Assembly (NCBI GenBank): GCA_030704615.1
Contig: CM060734.1
Span: 15,128,001 to 15,192,000, forward strand
Direction: 5' to 3'
From: Takakia lepidozioides
Taxonomy: Eukaryota; Plantae; Bryophyta
Length of the DNA stretch: 64,000 bases
Both the position numbers and the translations under genes were made by a program. Below the pieces are notes generated by a model that saw only the letters and a list, made by a program, of their open reading frames with translations, ran no database searches and was not told the origin of the DNA. Position 1 is the first letter of the stretch, and each line of letters begins with the position of its first letter. Positions 27,430 to 38,552 of this stretch are shown here, one piece after another.

Positions 27430-27880
27430 CCAGGCTCGCACACGCATTGCATCTACAAACGAACGTGACCAGGTCTGCCTTTACCCCTTCCCGCATCATT
27501 TGCTCATAGGTCTCCAATGCCTCCATCTCGCATCCATGTTGGGGCATATCCCGCGATCATCACACTCTAGGTTCGTTCATCCATATTCTCAAATACCTTT
27601 GTATCCTCAATACTGCCACATCTGTCTCTGTTGCCTGTTTCTGGATACCCTTAATTTGACAATGTCACCATGGACCTTTTACCCTTTTCCAGGGTTGTCA
27701 AGCTCGCACACTCATTGCAAACACAAATGACCGTGACCCGGTCCGGCTTCACCCCTTCCCGCATTATTTGCTCATACGTCTCCAACGCCTCTATACCACG
27801 CCCACACTCTGCATATCCTCGCCCTTCCTGCATCATTTTCTCAAGAATAGGTCTGCAAAGCCTCCATCCCACGACCCCTG
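27430..27880 (-). pseudogene. PLS-class PPR protein fragment
   Basis: GYAECGRGIEALETYEQIMREGVKPDRVTVICVCNECASLTTLEKGK, followed by further broken P/L/S motifs (VFENMDER, SVMIAGYA), with stops and frameshifts. Confidence 0.85.
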
Positions 27881-28107
27881 CATATCCTAGGATCCCCTTT
27901 TCCTGCGTATATCAGAAAAGGTGGTTTTGCCCATGTTGGAGGTATTGCCATATGTGGCAAGGATGTGGGAAGCCAAACTTCTTTTGTATCGAGACTTCGC
28001 GATTTGGTTCTTGGACTTCAAGAAGTGGCAGCAGAAGCCATTGACAACGACGATGTGCAAAAAGAGTTGACCGACTTGAAAGTCACACATATTGCAACCC
28101 TATCGCG

Positions 28108-28665
28108 CACCGGATTTCCATCCAGCCCCGCTCCGAATTACCTGCAAGATGGAAATTCGGCGCCAGATTTCCGTCCGGCCCTGCTCCGAATTACCTGCAG
28201 GTTGGAAATTCGACGCCGGATTTCCATCCGGCCCCGCTCCGAATTACCTGCAGGATGGAAATTCGGCCATAAGAAGAGTTCTGTACATTGCTGCGGAGTT
28301 TCTGGATCTAGTTTCAGAGGAGTTATGGTAGACGTCAATATTTGAGGTGGGTTGCTGCTAATGTAGACATTAGCAAGAAAATTTGTTTTGTCTTTAAAGG
28401 GCAAAATCCATGTCCGCTCCGAATTACCTGCAGGTTGGAAATTCGGCGCCGGATTTCCGTCCGGCCCCGCTCCGAATTACCTGCAGGATGGAAATTCGGC
28501 GCCGGATTTCCGTCCGGCCACGCTCCGAATTACCTGCAGGATGGAAATTCGGCACCGGACTTCCCTCCGGCCCCGCTCCGAATTACCTGCAGGTTGAAAA
28601 TTCGGCGCCGGATTTCCATCCGGCCGCGCTCCGACTTACCTGCAGGATGGACTTTTCCATCCGGC
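28108..28665. repeat. 53-bp GC-rich tandem minisatellite, ~8 copies in two blocks
   Basis: CTCCGAATTACCTGCAGG(A/T)TGGAAATTCGGCGCCGGATTTCC at 28131, 28184, 28237, then 28417, 28470, 28523 and onward, with a ~145-bp unique insert between the blocks. Confidence 0.93.
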
Positions 28666-29329
28666 GTCTCGTGGATGAGAACGGCTCGGGCGGAGGGAGG
28701 GCCACATTGCGTCCTACTTCATCCGCTGGATGGAAATTCGGCGCCGTTTTTTTCATCCAGCGGGCGACTGATGAAGTCTCGGGGGGAGGGTGGGCCTGTC
28801 GGCGCCTGTGGGCGCCTGTGGCCGACCTCCATACCAACGACAGTTAATGGCGCAGTTGCGCATTAAATGTTGTCTACCGTCGGTTTTGAACCGGATGTTC
28901 CACAAGGATTCCACGCTTGCTTCCCGGATACGCCTTCGACACCTGATGTGACGCTTGGATGAAATTCCATTCCAGGCATGTACGCACGCATACCTCGGGA
29001 GATTTTTTCTTTTGCTGGGACTTATGCCGCGTGGAGAAGGGCGTGGCTCTCCTGAGAGAAACCCCACACCCAGACCGCGGCGGAAGCTGAAGCCTTTGTA
29101 CTACGGGCGGCGTCCAACCTCTCGCATGGCCAAACTAAAGCTCCAGCAGGAGATCCCATTGTCTTGCTCACAGCCCGCGCCAACTGAAGCCGAGCACTCT
29201 CAGTCAAGCCTCTTCCTCTTTAGCTTTGTGTAACATGTGCGGTCTTCCTTGCTTTTTTGTTTGTTTGTTTTGGCATCTTCAGCCTGGCAGCCCTGGAAGT
29301 GCATGGTTGCATCGCAAAAGCACGAGCTG

Positions 29330-29550
29330 GTGAGATGAATGATCAAGGTCAGAGGGGTTAAAAAGGAGCCAGGTCATTGCAAAAGCAGGAGTTGGTGAGA
29401 AGAATGATGAAGGTCAGAGGGGTTAGAGCCAGGTCGTTGCTGCATTGAGATTTGCAACAGGGTGCACACCTTCGCTGTAGATGACAGGTTGCATCCCAAA
29501 ATTAAGGAAATCCATGCTGAGCTGAGAAGATTGTCTGGGCAGATGAAGTG
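29330..29550 (+). pseudogene. PPR E/E+ domain fragment with a ~60-bp internal duplication
   Basis: VRGVKKEPG and IEICNRVHTFAVDDRLHPKIKEIHAELRRLSGQMK are the PG-box/E+ segment of PLS-E+/DYW editing factors. No DYW end follows. Confidence 0.8.
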
Positions 29551-29949
29551 CCTTCAAAACATTTCACCCTCTTTTCCTGTCTTATCGAAATCATCCTTAA
29601 ATTTTCATGTTGATTTCAGCAAGCTACTGGTTGAGTGAACCTTAGATAGTTTGCAATGCGTGTGCAAAGCCGGCAGCTCTGGAAAAGGCTGCTTCTGCAT
29701 GTGATTCTTAGGGATTGTTTGGGTTTGTTTTCATGCTTGTTCCATGCCACTCCATACTTGGTTTTGTTTTGTTTTCATTGTTTTTCCACGATTGTTGCGA
29801 TGGTGGTTGCGATGCTCGTTGCGATGGTGGTTTTCATTGCGATGTTGGTTCTCATGATTGTTGGGGATGACAGAGTGACGACGAGCCCGACACGCTAGTG
29901 GTATCATCGACAGCTCCAACTGCTCGAGCAGCCATTCCAAAAGCCGCTA

Positions 29950-30934
29950 CTCATCGCATGTTTGGATCGCCCAACTTGGGGCGGGAGGGCAAACTAAATC
30001 CTTTTGTTGGTGGACGGGAGGACCTGTAGCGAGAGTACGACAGAATAGGCATTGGGGAGGTTGGTGCAGGTGGCATGGCAGGTGAAGGGCGTCGGATGAG
30101 GACAACGGATCCGGCAATGGAGGAAGTTGATGCACATGCAGTAGGGCCCGCCCACGCAAAGAAGAAGAAGAAAGCCAAGCACATGCAATCCCCGGCGAGA
30201 GAGCCGTCACGGGCTGTGGAGGGGGGAGTGAGCAGGGCGCGCGAGGGTGTCAGTTCGCCTCAATCAAAGGTGGTCGTCCTGGAGGCCTCCCCTGCTGCTA
30301 CCCCTAGTAAGAAACATAAGGCCCGTTAGAGGGCAAAAGAGAGGGCAAAAGAACAGGCGAGACATAAGGCTAGCCAGGAGGCAACAGAAAAGGCCACTGA
30401 AGAGGCCAGGGTTGTCGAAATGACAGATGCCCATGTAAGTGAGGGACGCACAGAGATGATGGATCCCTCCAAGACACCACAAACAGGCAGTAACACACCG
30501 GTTACACCATCGTGGGTGGGAGCAGCCCACCAAATTACCCATACGGTGGAGACTAGAGGAGGGGAAAGAACACCACAAAGAGCACGGATTGTGGAAGTTC
30601 GAGGTGAAGCCGGGGAGAGGGCAGTAGAGACGGGGAGAGTACTCGAGGTGGTTCCGGCAGTGGTTGACCATGTTGAGGACAACGAGAGGGAGCTTTCTGA
30701 CCAGGATGACATCCTCTCGGACATCCCCAGGCCCCAAACCCGGAGCATACAGGCTGGATTTGGCGGTCCGGGAACCCCCCTGCAACAGATGTCATGTCGG
30801 AGGCGGATATGAAGTTGGCCACTGCCAAGATGTTGGAGGTAACCCACAACAACATTGGCAAGGTCCTGGGGGGCATGGTGTACCCGGCCAAGCTTCGGAT
30901 TCCCCTTTGCCGCTTGGTTTCATTGCAGGTGGTG
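29950..30934 (+). pseudogene. Degenerate 5' part of a TE-associated gene, probably the N-terminus of the ParB-like/methyltransferase-like gene
   Basis: A long charged low-complexity frame with isolated stops ends in YPAKLRIPLCRLVSLQVV and switches abruptly to hAT sequence. IPLCR resembles the start of ParB-like domains in bryophyte TE proteins (recollection). Confidence 0.45.
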
Positions 30935-31870
30935 AAAGAGCGAGCGTTGTCCGAGTACCATTGCTTCTCGGATCGGCAGAATCCTTTCCATGACATGTCG
31001 GATCCAAAAGCAATGAACATGTTGCCACATGAATGGTGGGATCTGATTGGAGCTGGAGCAAGAACGTTAGCTCCCATTGCAAAGCGTATTCTTACTCAAG
31101 TGTGCTCTGCCTCGTCCTGTGAGCGGAACTGGAGCAGTTACTCGTTTGTTCACAACAAGATTCGCAACAGGTTGAATCCTGCCAGGGCTGACAAATTGGT
31201 TTATGTCTACACAAATTGTAGGCTACTGCGAGAGAGGAGAGCAAGTGACGCATCTGCATGGTACGAGAAGAATATGTTGTCTGAAGAATCTGCCTCAGAG
31301 GTCCAATCTAGCAGCAATGATGACACTGACACCGCGAGGGACTCCGACTCCGACGGTTGGGATGGGTCCGATGATGTGGGTAATCCTCCACATGACCCAT
31401 ATGAATTTAATGACGATGATGCTGCAATGCATCCATCATTCGATGACCTTGTTAGTGATGAACTGCGACATGGTGTCATCCCAATTGCGGACCCCCTTCC
31501 TCCAGTGGAGCACACTCTCAACAATGAAATTGAGGTCAACTCTCCCCCACCACGAGTTCCACGGACTGCGGGAGATGTGCAGGTCGAATCGTCGGATGAT
31601 GACAACCGGCCGTTGTCATTCCTTCACCGACATCGTGCCCCTGTGAACCGTGCTCCTGTGAACCGTGCTCCATCTCACCCCGCTCCATCTCATGTTTCTC
31701 TTCCTCAAGCCAGTCCATCCCATGCTGGTCCATCTAGTCTCTCTCCCCCTCATGTAATTCCTTCCATCACTACTCTGATCCTGGGAGATGGTTCTTTTGC
31801 TGCGGGACTTCTGCAAGTCGAACCATCGGATGACGACGACCGGCCATTGTCGTTTCATCTGGCCCGATGA
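30935..31870 (+). mobile_element. hAT transposase C-terminal (dimerisation) fragment with acidic and Pro/Ser/His-rich tail
   Basis: EWWDLIGAGARTLAPIAKRILTQVCSASSCERNWSSYSFVHNKIRNRLNPARADKLVYVYTN is the hAT dimerisation block with the catalytic E. The BED finger and DD core are absent. Confidence 0.92.
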
Positions 31871-32612
31871 CGTCCGCATGTGAACTGTGCTCCTCGACCC
31901 TCGCTGGTCCATCTCATGCCCCTTCCTCTCATGTCGGCCCCTCTGATGTACGTGCAAGTAGCCTTCCTCATACGAGACTTGCTCCAAGGCCACCACGAAA
32001 TCCGGGACAAGCCCAGAAACGACAGAGAATTGTGCAACCTTTTGTTGGTGACCGACCTGTGAACAGGCCTGATACCCTAGATGGTATTCATGATAGGAGT
32101 GGCAATCGACTAGAGAGACAACTGAACGTACTTCGAGGACGACTATAGGTCCAACGGCCAGTTGCCTCTGGAAACGAAAGAACATATGGAGATCATGATT
32201 CTAGCACTGATAATGGGAACGGGGGTGAAGTGAGTAGGGACGAAGATTTTGTACTAGACGTGAGATCATACCATCATCGTCGTGCCAGACGGAATTAGGT
32301 ACAGCTATAACTTCTGTGACCTGTCACATGATGTGTAATATGTTTCCATGGATATCCATGTTTCAGTGTAGGTACATGCATACGTGTACGGAAATAAAAA
32401 TGGTGGAATATGTGTACCCAAAAAAGGGTTTGGTGGTTGTGCGTGTGTTTGTGTTTTGTCATTACCTTTACATTGTTGATTTCCTATTATGGTTTCGAAA
32501 GCCACAAAAGCCAGGTGCAGCTCCCAACATTCATCTTCCCCTTCACAAATCCATGGAGAGTCGATACATGTGCTTTTCATCGGCCTCTTCAAACATACAT
32601 ACAGGTGCAAGG

Positions 32613-32775
32613 GGACCAACCTCCTAGTGGTCGCACATATTTAAAAAAAAACAATTGTGTGACCACCAGTAGCGGTCGTCGCAGCTGTTAAAATAAAAGA
32701 AAAATGTTGCGACCACCCCCCTGCTGGTAGTCGCACCTATTTACTGATTTACTGATTACCCCTGCTGGTGGTCGT
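32613..32775. repeat. Palindromic repeat cluster (TGCGACCACC-N7/8-GGTGGTCGCA family), left copy
   Basis: 3-4 degenerate hairpin units separated by A-rich spacers, of the same family as 37975-38310. Confidence 0.8.
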
Positions 32776-32994
32776 AGATTTTATTTTATTTTATTTTGGG
32801 AAACACCTGGGAGTGACAGCTCACAAATTAGGCCCCTTAGTAGTGAGAGGAGAAAATAACCTCTTTCATAGAGGCGTAGGAATGGGGCACCACACACGAA
32901 CCATACCACACCCATCAAGTAGCGGGCAGGACATCATACGGTTCGATGGAAACGACGAGGTGGAAAAGGAGGAAAGGCGGATTGAAACGACGAT

Positions 32995-34028
32995 GTGGAA
33001 GAAGGAGGAAATGCATACCAACCTCCAGATTATACGCTGCAACAGATCTCCGCAGCCAGGCCTTCAACGTCTGAGGTGGAGGGGGGCGAGGTACGCTCTT
33101 CGTTGGAGGAACAGTTGGCCGTACATGAACAGCACATCAAAGACCTGCAGGACATTGTTCATTTGCAACGGTGGCAAATAGCGAAGTTGCTAGAAAGAAT
33201 GGGATTGAGGACTCTTGACAGCGTACGCGGTGTGCTTCAGGACCCGAGACCAATCACCAACGAGCAAGACATATTGGCGCGTTTGAATATGCCACCAATG
33301 GACATTGACCGCGTCATCGACGGGGTTGACTCAATCGGGCATGGGAATGAAGTGCAAACGTCTGAACTGGACCCGGCAAGGATTGAGGAAGAAAGACTTG
33401 CGGCAGAGAGGGCAGAAAAGGGAAGGACCCCATAGTGGAAATTGGAGAATGTTCAGCCGTGTAAATTACATCGGCCCAAGAACAGGAATTATAGCAGCTT
33501 GTGGGGGAACGTGAGCAAGCTAGGGCTGTTGCATAACGGTACTCAAATGCCATGCAAATCCGATCGTGGCCATGATTGAAGGGGAATTGGCGGAATTGGG
33601 TGACATGGACGGGCCATCTAGCATTGCGGGAAACACGGATAGAAGAAGCGTTGTCCTCCCTCCAACATGCAGCACGTTTGTCGAATCGAAGGGTAGATAA
33701 CATCTATGCTAATTTGCAAAGGCACGACACTGTGCGTGATGTATTCACGTCGAAGTATACTGGATTCACCACATGGGGTGATGTGCATGCCATGTTTGAG
33801 CACTGTGTACATACAATTTCTGATACCAATAACAGCATAAACTGGGATTTGAAAGTAGAGGAGGAGTGGGACACCAGGCCGAGGATGTCATCCTACATTA
33901 ATGAGGATAAACGGACGTGGATACCACAGAGCAATCCAGCATCATGGGTAACAGATGGTACGGTGTGCACAATGTGCCCAATGGGCCGACGGATGGTTGC
34001 ATATCCAAATGATTTTTGTTCGCTTTGA
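32995..34028 (+). pseudogene. Disrupted ORF of unknown function (coiled-coil-like N-terminus, ends at a CxxC)
   Basis: Two consecutive intronless ORFs (146 and 150 aa) with coding-like composition. The reading breaks shortly after GTVCTMCP. Confidence 0.5.
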
Positions 34029-34084
34029 GACTTGGCCAGTGTGTTCAATGTACCATCTGATAGGTCCCAGTGTAATATGAGATC

Positions 34085-35940
34085 AATTGTTAACGATTGA
34101 TCATGAATCATCCAACAGGGGAACTGTTGGTTCACCCTTTGAACCATTTAACATTGACATCATACTTGTCCAGTAATTTTAAGAGGGCATGTACAAGACA
34201 CTCGCAAAATTTCAAATGAATCCAAAATCATTTGGCAGGGGAATGATTGGTTCACCCATAGCCAATTTCAGGGGCTGAAATTGCCATTTATGGGGTTCGA
34301 ATTGCCAATTTGAGGGGCTAGACTTGCAATTTGAGGGGCTGAAACTGCCATTCCAGGGTCTTCAATTGCCAATTTCAGGGGCTGCACTAACAATTGCCAT
34401 TTCACAGGCTACAGTTGCAATTTGAGGGGCGGGAATTGTCATTTTTGGGGCTAGAAGTGCAATTTGAGGGGTTGGAATTAAATTTCAGGGGCTTCAATTG
34501 CAATTTGAGGGGTTGGAATTGACAATTTCAAGGGCTCAAATTACAATTTGAGGGGCGGCCGGTGTTGGTCATTTTAGGGACTGGCAATACCAATTTTAAG
34601 GGCTTGAATTGCATTTTGAATTGTAATTCAAGGGTTACAATGGGCCATTGGGGGGCTAGAATTACCAAAGCAATGACATCCAAAGCAATATAAAATCATT
34701 TGATAGCGGAATGATTGGTTCACCCTTTCAACCATTTTTTATTCACGTCATATTTGTCCGGTGCTTGTAGGAGGGCATGTGGCTGACACTTGCAAAGCTT
34801 CAAAGCAATGTAAAATCATTTGATAGGGGAACGATTGGTTCACCCTTTCAACCATATTCTACTACCTCATACTTGTCCGATACCTTTAAAATGGCATGTG
34901 AAAGACACTTGCAAAGCTTTAAAGCACTCCAAAATCATTTGATATGTTCATGATTGATTCACCCTTTTAACCATTTTAGATTGATTTGAAACTTGTGAAA
35001 GACCTGTAAGAGGGCATGTACAAGACACTTGCAAAGTTTCAAATCAATTTAAAATCATTTGGTAGGGGGACGATTGGTTCACCCTTTAAACCATTTTAGA
35101 TTGATGTCATACTTCTCAAAGACGTGTAAGATGGCATGTAGAAGACACTTGCAAAGTTTCGGAGCAATAAAATATCATTTCATCGGGGAAGTTTCCGTTC
35201 ACCCTTTCATCCAATTTTGAATTGAACTGCATTTTTACTAAATAAAATGATTTAGAAGGCATAGGATTGTGGGGCGCAATGAGTGTGGGGCGCAATGATT
35301 TTGTTTTTGGCTTGATTTTGTTCTGTGAGTTGAACCCTCACACCACCACATCCTTGCCAAAAAATGTACCAAAGAAAAATGTTTGAAAAAAAACGTTCAT
35401 CCTTTGCTCTATGCTCACTATTGCAGAACTTTCTATGAAGAGTGCATGAAGTTGAAGATAACTTCACCTTAGAGTGCAAATGAGGGAATAAAATGTGTTT
35501 TGGATGCAGACGATGTTTGTTCATGGTGATATTTTGCATGCAACTCTTCATGTTGTTATCAAGCATATGACTTCAGAATGGAATTAAAAACAATTCATGT
35601 GCAGGCGAAAGGTTGTTTCTCCTTATGAATTTGAATAACCGATTCAAATAACTTTGTTGAAGTTCAACTTTGGTCCATATGTGCTTAAGTATGTACAAAT
35701 CACGTACACAAAGTTGCAAGCGACGAAATAATCATTTGCCCCCCTAACGACTCGTTAAACCTTTCAACCAATTTTCAATCATGAATCATTTAATAGGGGA
35801 ACTATTGGTTCACCCTTAGAACCATTTTAGATTGACCTCATACTTGTCCGGTAACTTAAAGAGGGCATGTACAACACACTCCCAAAGTTTCAAATCAATC
35901 TAAAATCATTTGGCAGGGGAACGATTGGTTCACCCATTGA
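34085..35940. repeat. ~120-bp AT-rich satellite with an embedded ~21-bp minisatellite (34260-34665)
   Basis: AAAATCATTTG...GATTGGTTCACCC recurs near 34128, 34249, 34717, 34837, 34957, 35077, 35197, 35807 and 35927. GCAATTTGAGGGGC-type units fill 34260-34665. Confidence 0.88.
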
Positions 35941-36105
35941 CCCGGTGTACACTGTCACTCTTCAAGATTCGTGGGTGTGGTGCTTGATTATCCCATATGA
36001 TGGACCCAGGTGCCATGGCCAAGTAACAAACCATTAAAACATTATGGTACGAGACAAACATAATTGAAAACAACATTTATTCAAACATGATGTTCAGTCA
36101 GAGGT

Positions 36106-37613
36106 CTACAAGTTTCTATCCATCCTCCAGCAATTTTTGGGCTTAGGCCAATTGAATAGCCCCGTCATGAAATACTTCACAACATTTTCTAGTTTGTACC
36201 GCAACTCTTCTGTGTCTACACACAAGTTTTCCAGAGCGGAAGCAAAACAGGTTCCAGTAGACATATCGTTGAACAGACTTGCATCGAACGTGTTACCCCC
36301 ATTTATTGCCTGGGCTATCTTTCCAATTGCAAAGGTCTCTAATGGCACGATTAGAGGGGGCCTACGAGGTGTGCCATCTGACTGGTTGTTGGCTACATTA
36401 TGAACTATTGCAATTTCAGGTGCAATCCACCATCTATGTGCAAGAGTCTTTATCATCTTGTCTCTGCTCTCGAAAATGTACAACGTGGTTTTTAGGTCAT
36501 CCGTCGTGGAGGCCATCCCCCAATCGCATACCCCGATGTACACATCTTCAGACCCTTGTGGAAAATGCAACAAGATGTTGTCGAGGGACATGTCGTTGTG
36601 CAAGAGGAGGTGATTATGGACGTTGAGCATAATGTGCAAAAGCGCCCATGCCAATTGGGTGCGATTCTGTCGAAATTGAACCAGTCGGTTGACCTCCTGC
36701 ATTTCCTGCTCCGTCCCCCATCGTTCCATTAACTCCCTGTTATCCCGATCATTCCCCCATTTCCTGTCAATACTCAACCATGATTGTATGGTCCCCCCAT
36801 TCCACCAATGTGTGTAACCTTCATTTCGACGTGGATGCAACGCAAAATATTTTATGATGCCGAAATGATGGAACTTTACAGCCAACGCCTCATTGTTATG
36901 TTGGACTTTGGCAAGCTCAACATTTGTTTCCCTGGGTGTTTTCCCTGCTAGCTCCCAAGATGGAGGAATGAATTGATCCCCAACAATTCTAACACTCCGA
37001 ATTGTACCATACCCTCACTGTTTGGGCGCGTCGAGTTGTTGTACATGTGCGTTTGTGGATATGTATCTCATGTTCAATGCCGCATCCGCGGACGAGGACC
37101 CTGCCTTCCATGGGAGTGGTTTTGTACGTCGTTTGGCGTGGGCCTTTGCCATGTCAGACCACCAATCCACAAGCACAAACAACTCCTCCTCCGAAGTTGG
37201 CATGCGACCTTCAGCTACAGGTGTTCTCGTAACAAACTTGTCCATGGTTTGCCTCAGATTCCATGTGGCATCATGGGCCCGGTCCTCCATCCATTTCGTG
37301 AACTGGAACTTCGCCCTGTCCTCCTCCCATTCATCCCCGGCCAAAGCCTCCTTCATTCTCATCTCCATATTGTGCTGGAATCTAAGGAACCCCTCATTCC
37401 CATGTCGGACATACAAAAGATTCAAACGCATTATGTCATTGTCCTTCAAATAATCCAGCACTACTTGCTTCACCACCTTCGCGGCCTCTGCGCTTAGATA
37501 GTCTTTTTGTTGACCCGACTATCCCGTTCATGTGTATGTTTACGCTTCCTACCTTTACGCCCACTTCCCGAGGAACCCCCTGACATTGCGTTCGAAGCAA
37601 CGTTTCCGGACAT
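36106..37613 (-). pseudogene. Intronless eukaryotic-fold protein kinase (~500 aa) with one frameshift and one in-frame stop
   Basis: GYGTI (Gly loop), LAGK (catalytic Lys), NEALA (alphaC Glu), HNDMSLDNILL (HRD..N), CDWG (DFG), WIAPE and ETFAIG. ORFs 37015-37476 and 36106-36885 share a frame, separated only by the TGA at 37017-37015. There is a homopolymer frameshift near 37505. Confidence 0.85.
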
Positions 37614-37678
37614 GATAAAAGTACTCTGCGGAATAGACGCGGCTTCGTAACGGAGAACTAAACCCAAACTATTGATAA

Positions 37679-37690
37679 CCTTATATACTA
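37679..37690 (-). promoter_or_regulatory. TATA-like box upstream of the kinase ATG
   Basis: GTATATAAGG on the minus strand ~70 nt upstream of ATG 37613, with a second GTATATAAAGG near 37900-37910. Confidence 0.4.
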
Positions 37691-37974
37691 GCAGACCAAT
37701 TTCCTCACCCTCTATTGGTATAGTACCCAAAGCAAACTCTCCCGCAGTCCCAAGAAAAAAAGGCAAAAACTCCTCCCCCACACAAATCCACTTTCTCCCC
37801 CCCCCACGTTCAGTCCTGGCCACCGAAGTTCAAACTCCAAGAAGCCCCAGAACCGCACTCACAGAGAGGGAAAAAAATGGGTTAGGAATGAGGGGTAGGC
37901 CTTTATATACTGCCTGGAGAGGCATGACGTGCAACCGCCTCTGCTGCCCATTCACGCCCGCCACGTGTCAAGGG

Positions 37975-38310
37975 AGCGGTCGCACCTAATAACAGTCGCA
38001 CCCATTTAAAAAATAATTAAAAATGTGCGACCATCCCTTGCTGGTGGTCGCACCTATTTAAAAAAAAAGAAAAAGTTGCGACCACCACCTGTTGGTGGTC
38101 GCACCCAATTTTAAAAAAAGAAAAAATGTGCGACCACCCTCTGTTTGTGGTCGCACATATTAAAAAAAAATGAAAATGCTGCGACCACTACCTGCTGGTG
38201 GTCACACCCATTTAAAAAATAAGAAAAAATGTGCGACCACCCCCTTCTGGTGGTCGCACCTATTTTTAAAAAATAAAAATTTGTCCGATCAACCTTTGCT
38301 GACGGTCGCA
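37975..38310. repeat. Palindromic repeat array (~52-bp period; hairpin plus poly-A spacer)
   Basis: TGCGACCACC-N7/8-GGTGGTCGCAC-TATTT-A-rich units near 38026, 38077, 38129, 38180, 38233 and 38283. Confidence 0.9.
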
Positions 38311-38449
38311 TGATTGACAATATAAATCATAATATATGAATTTTATAGATAATTAATGAAGTCCATGTAATGAGGCCACATCGGTTGCCACGTCGGTTCT
38401 CATAGTAAATAATCAATAGTAAAGTAAAAAAATAAACATATTTATGTAC

Positions 38450-38549
38450 AGTAACGTCGGTTTAGGGCGTGACGTGACGCACGTCCGTCGCTGACGTCGG
38501 ACGTGACGCTGACACGTCAACGCCACGTCACGTCCAAATTTGCAACTAG
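38450..38549. other. CpG-rich ACGT-repeat/inverted-repeat block, probable transposon terminus
   Basis: GGGCGTGACGTG...CACGTCACGTCC followed by TTTGCAACTAG. The reverse complement starts (C)TAGTTGC, which is hAT-like. Coding sequence of the next gene resumes immediately after. Confidence 0.45.
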
Positions 38550-38552
38550 GAC

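Noticed and set aside
37975-38310. CRISPR-like look of palindromic repeats with spacers (also 43600-44780 and 28108-28665)
   Set aside because: Spacers are A-runs or absent rather than unique sequence, the repeats are degenerate, there are no cas genes, and the context is eukaryotic.
38499-38549. Helitron 3' end (hairpin plus CTAG)
   Set aside because: CTAG is followed by G rather than T, and no Rep/helicase or 5' TC end is identifiable. A hAT-like terminus fits the neighbouring transposase better.
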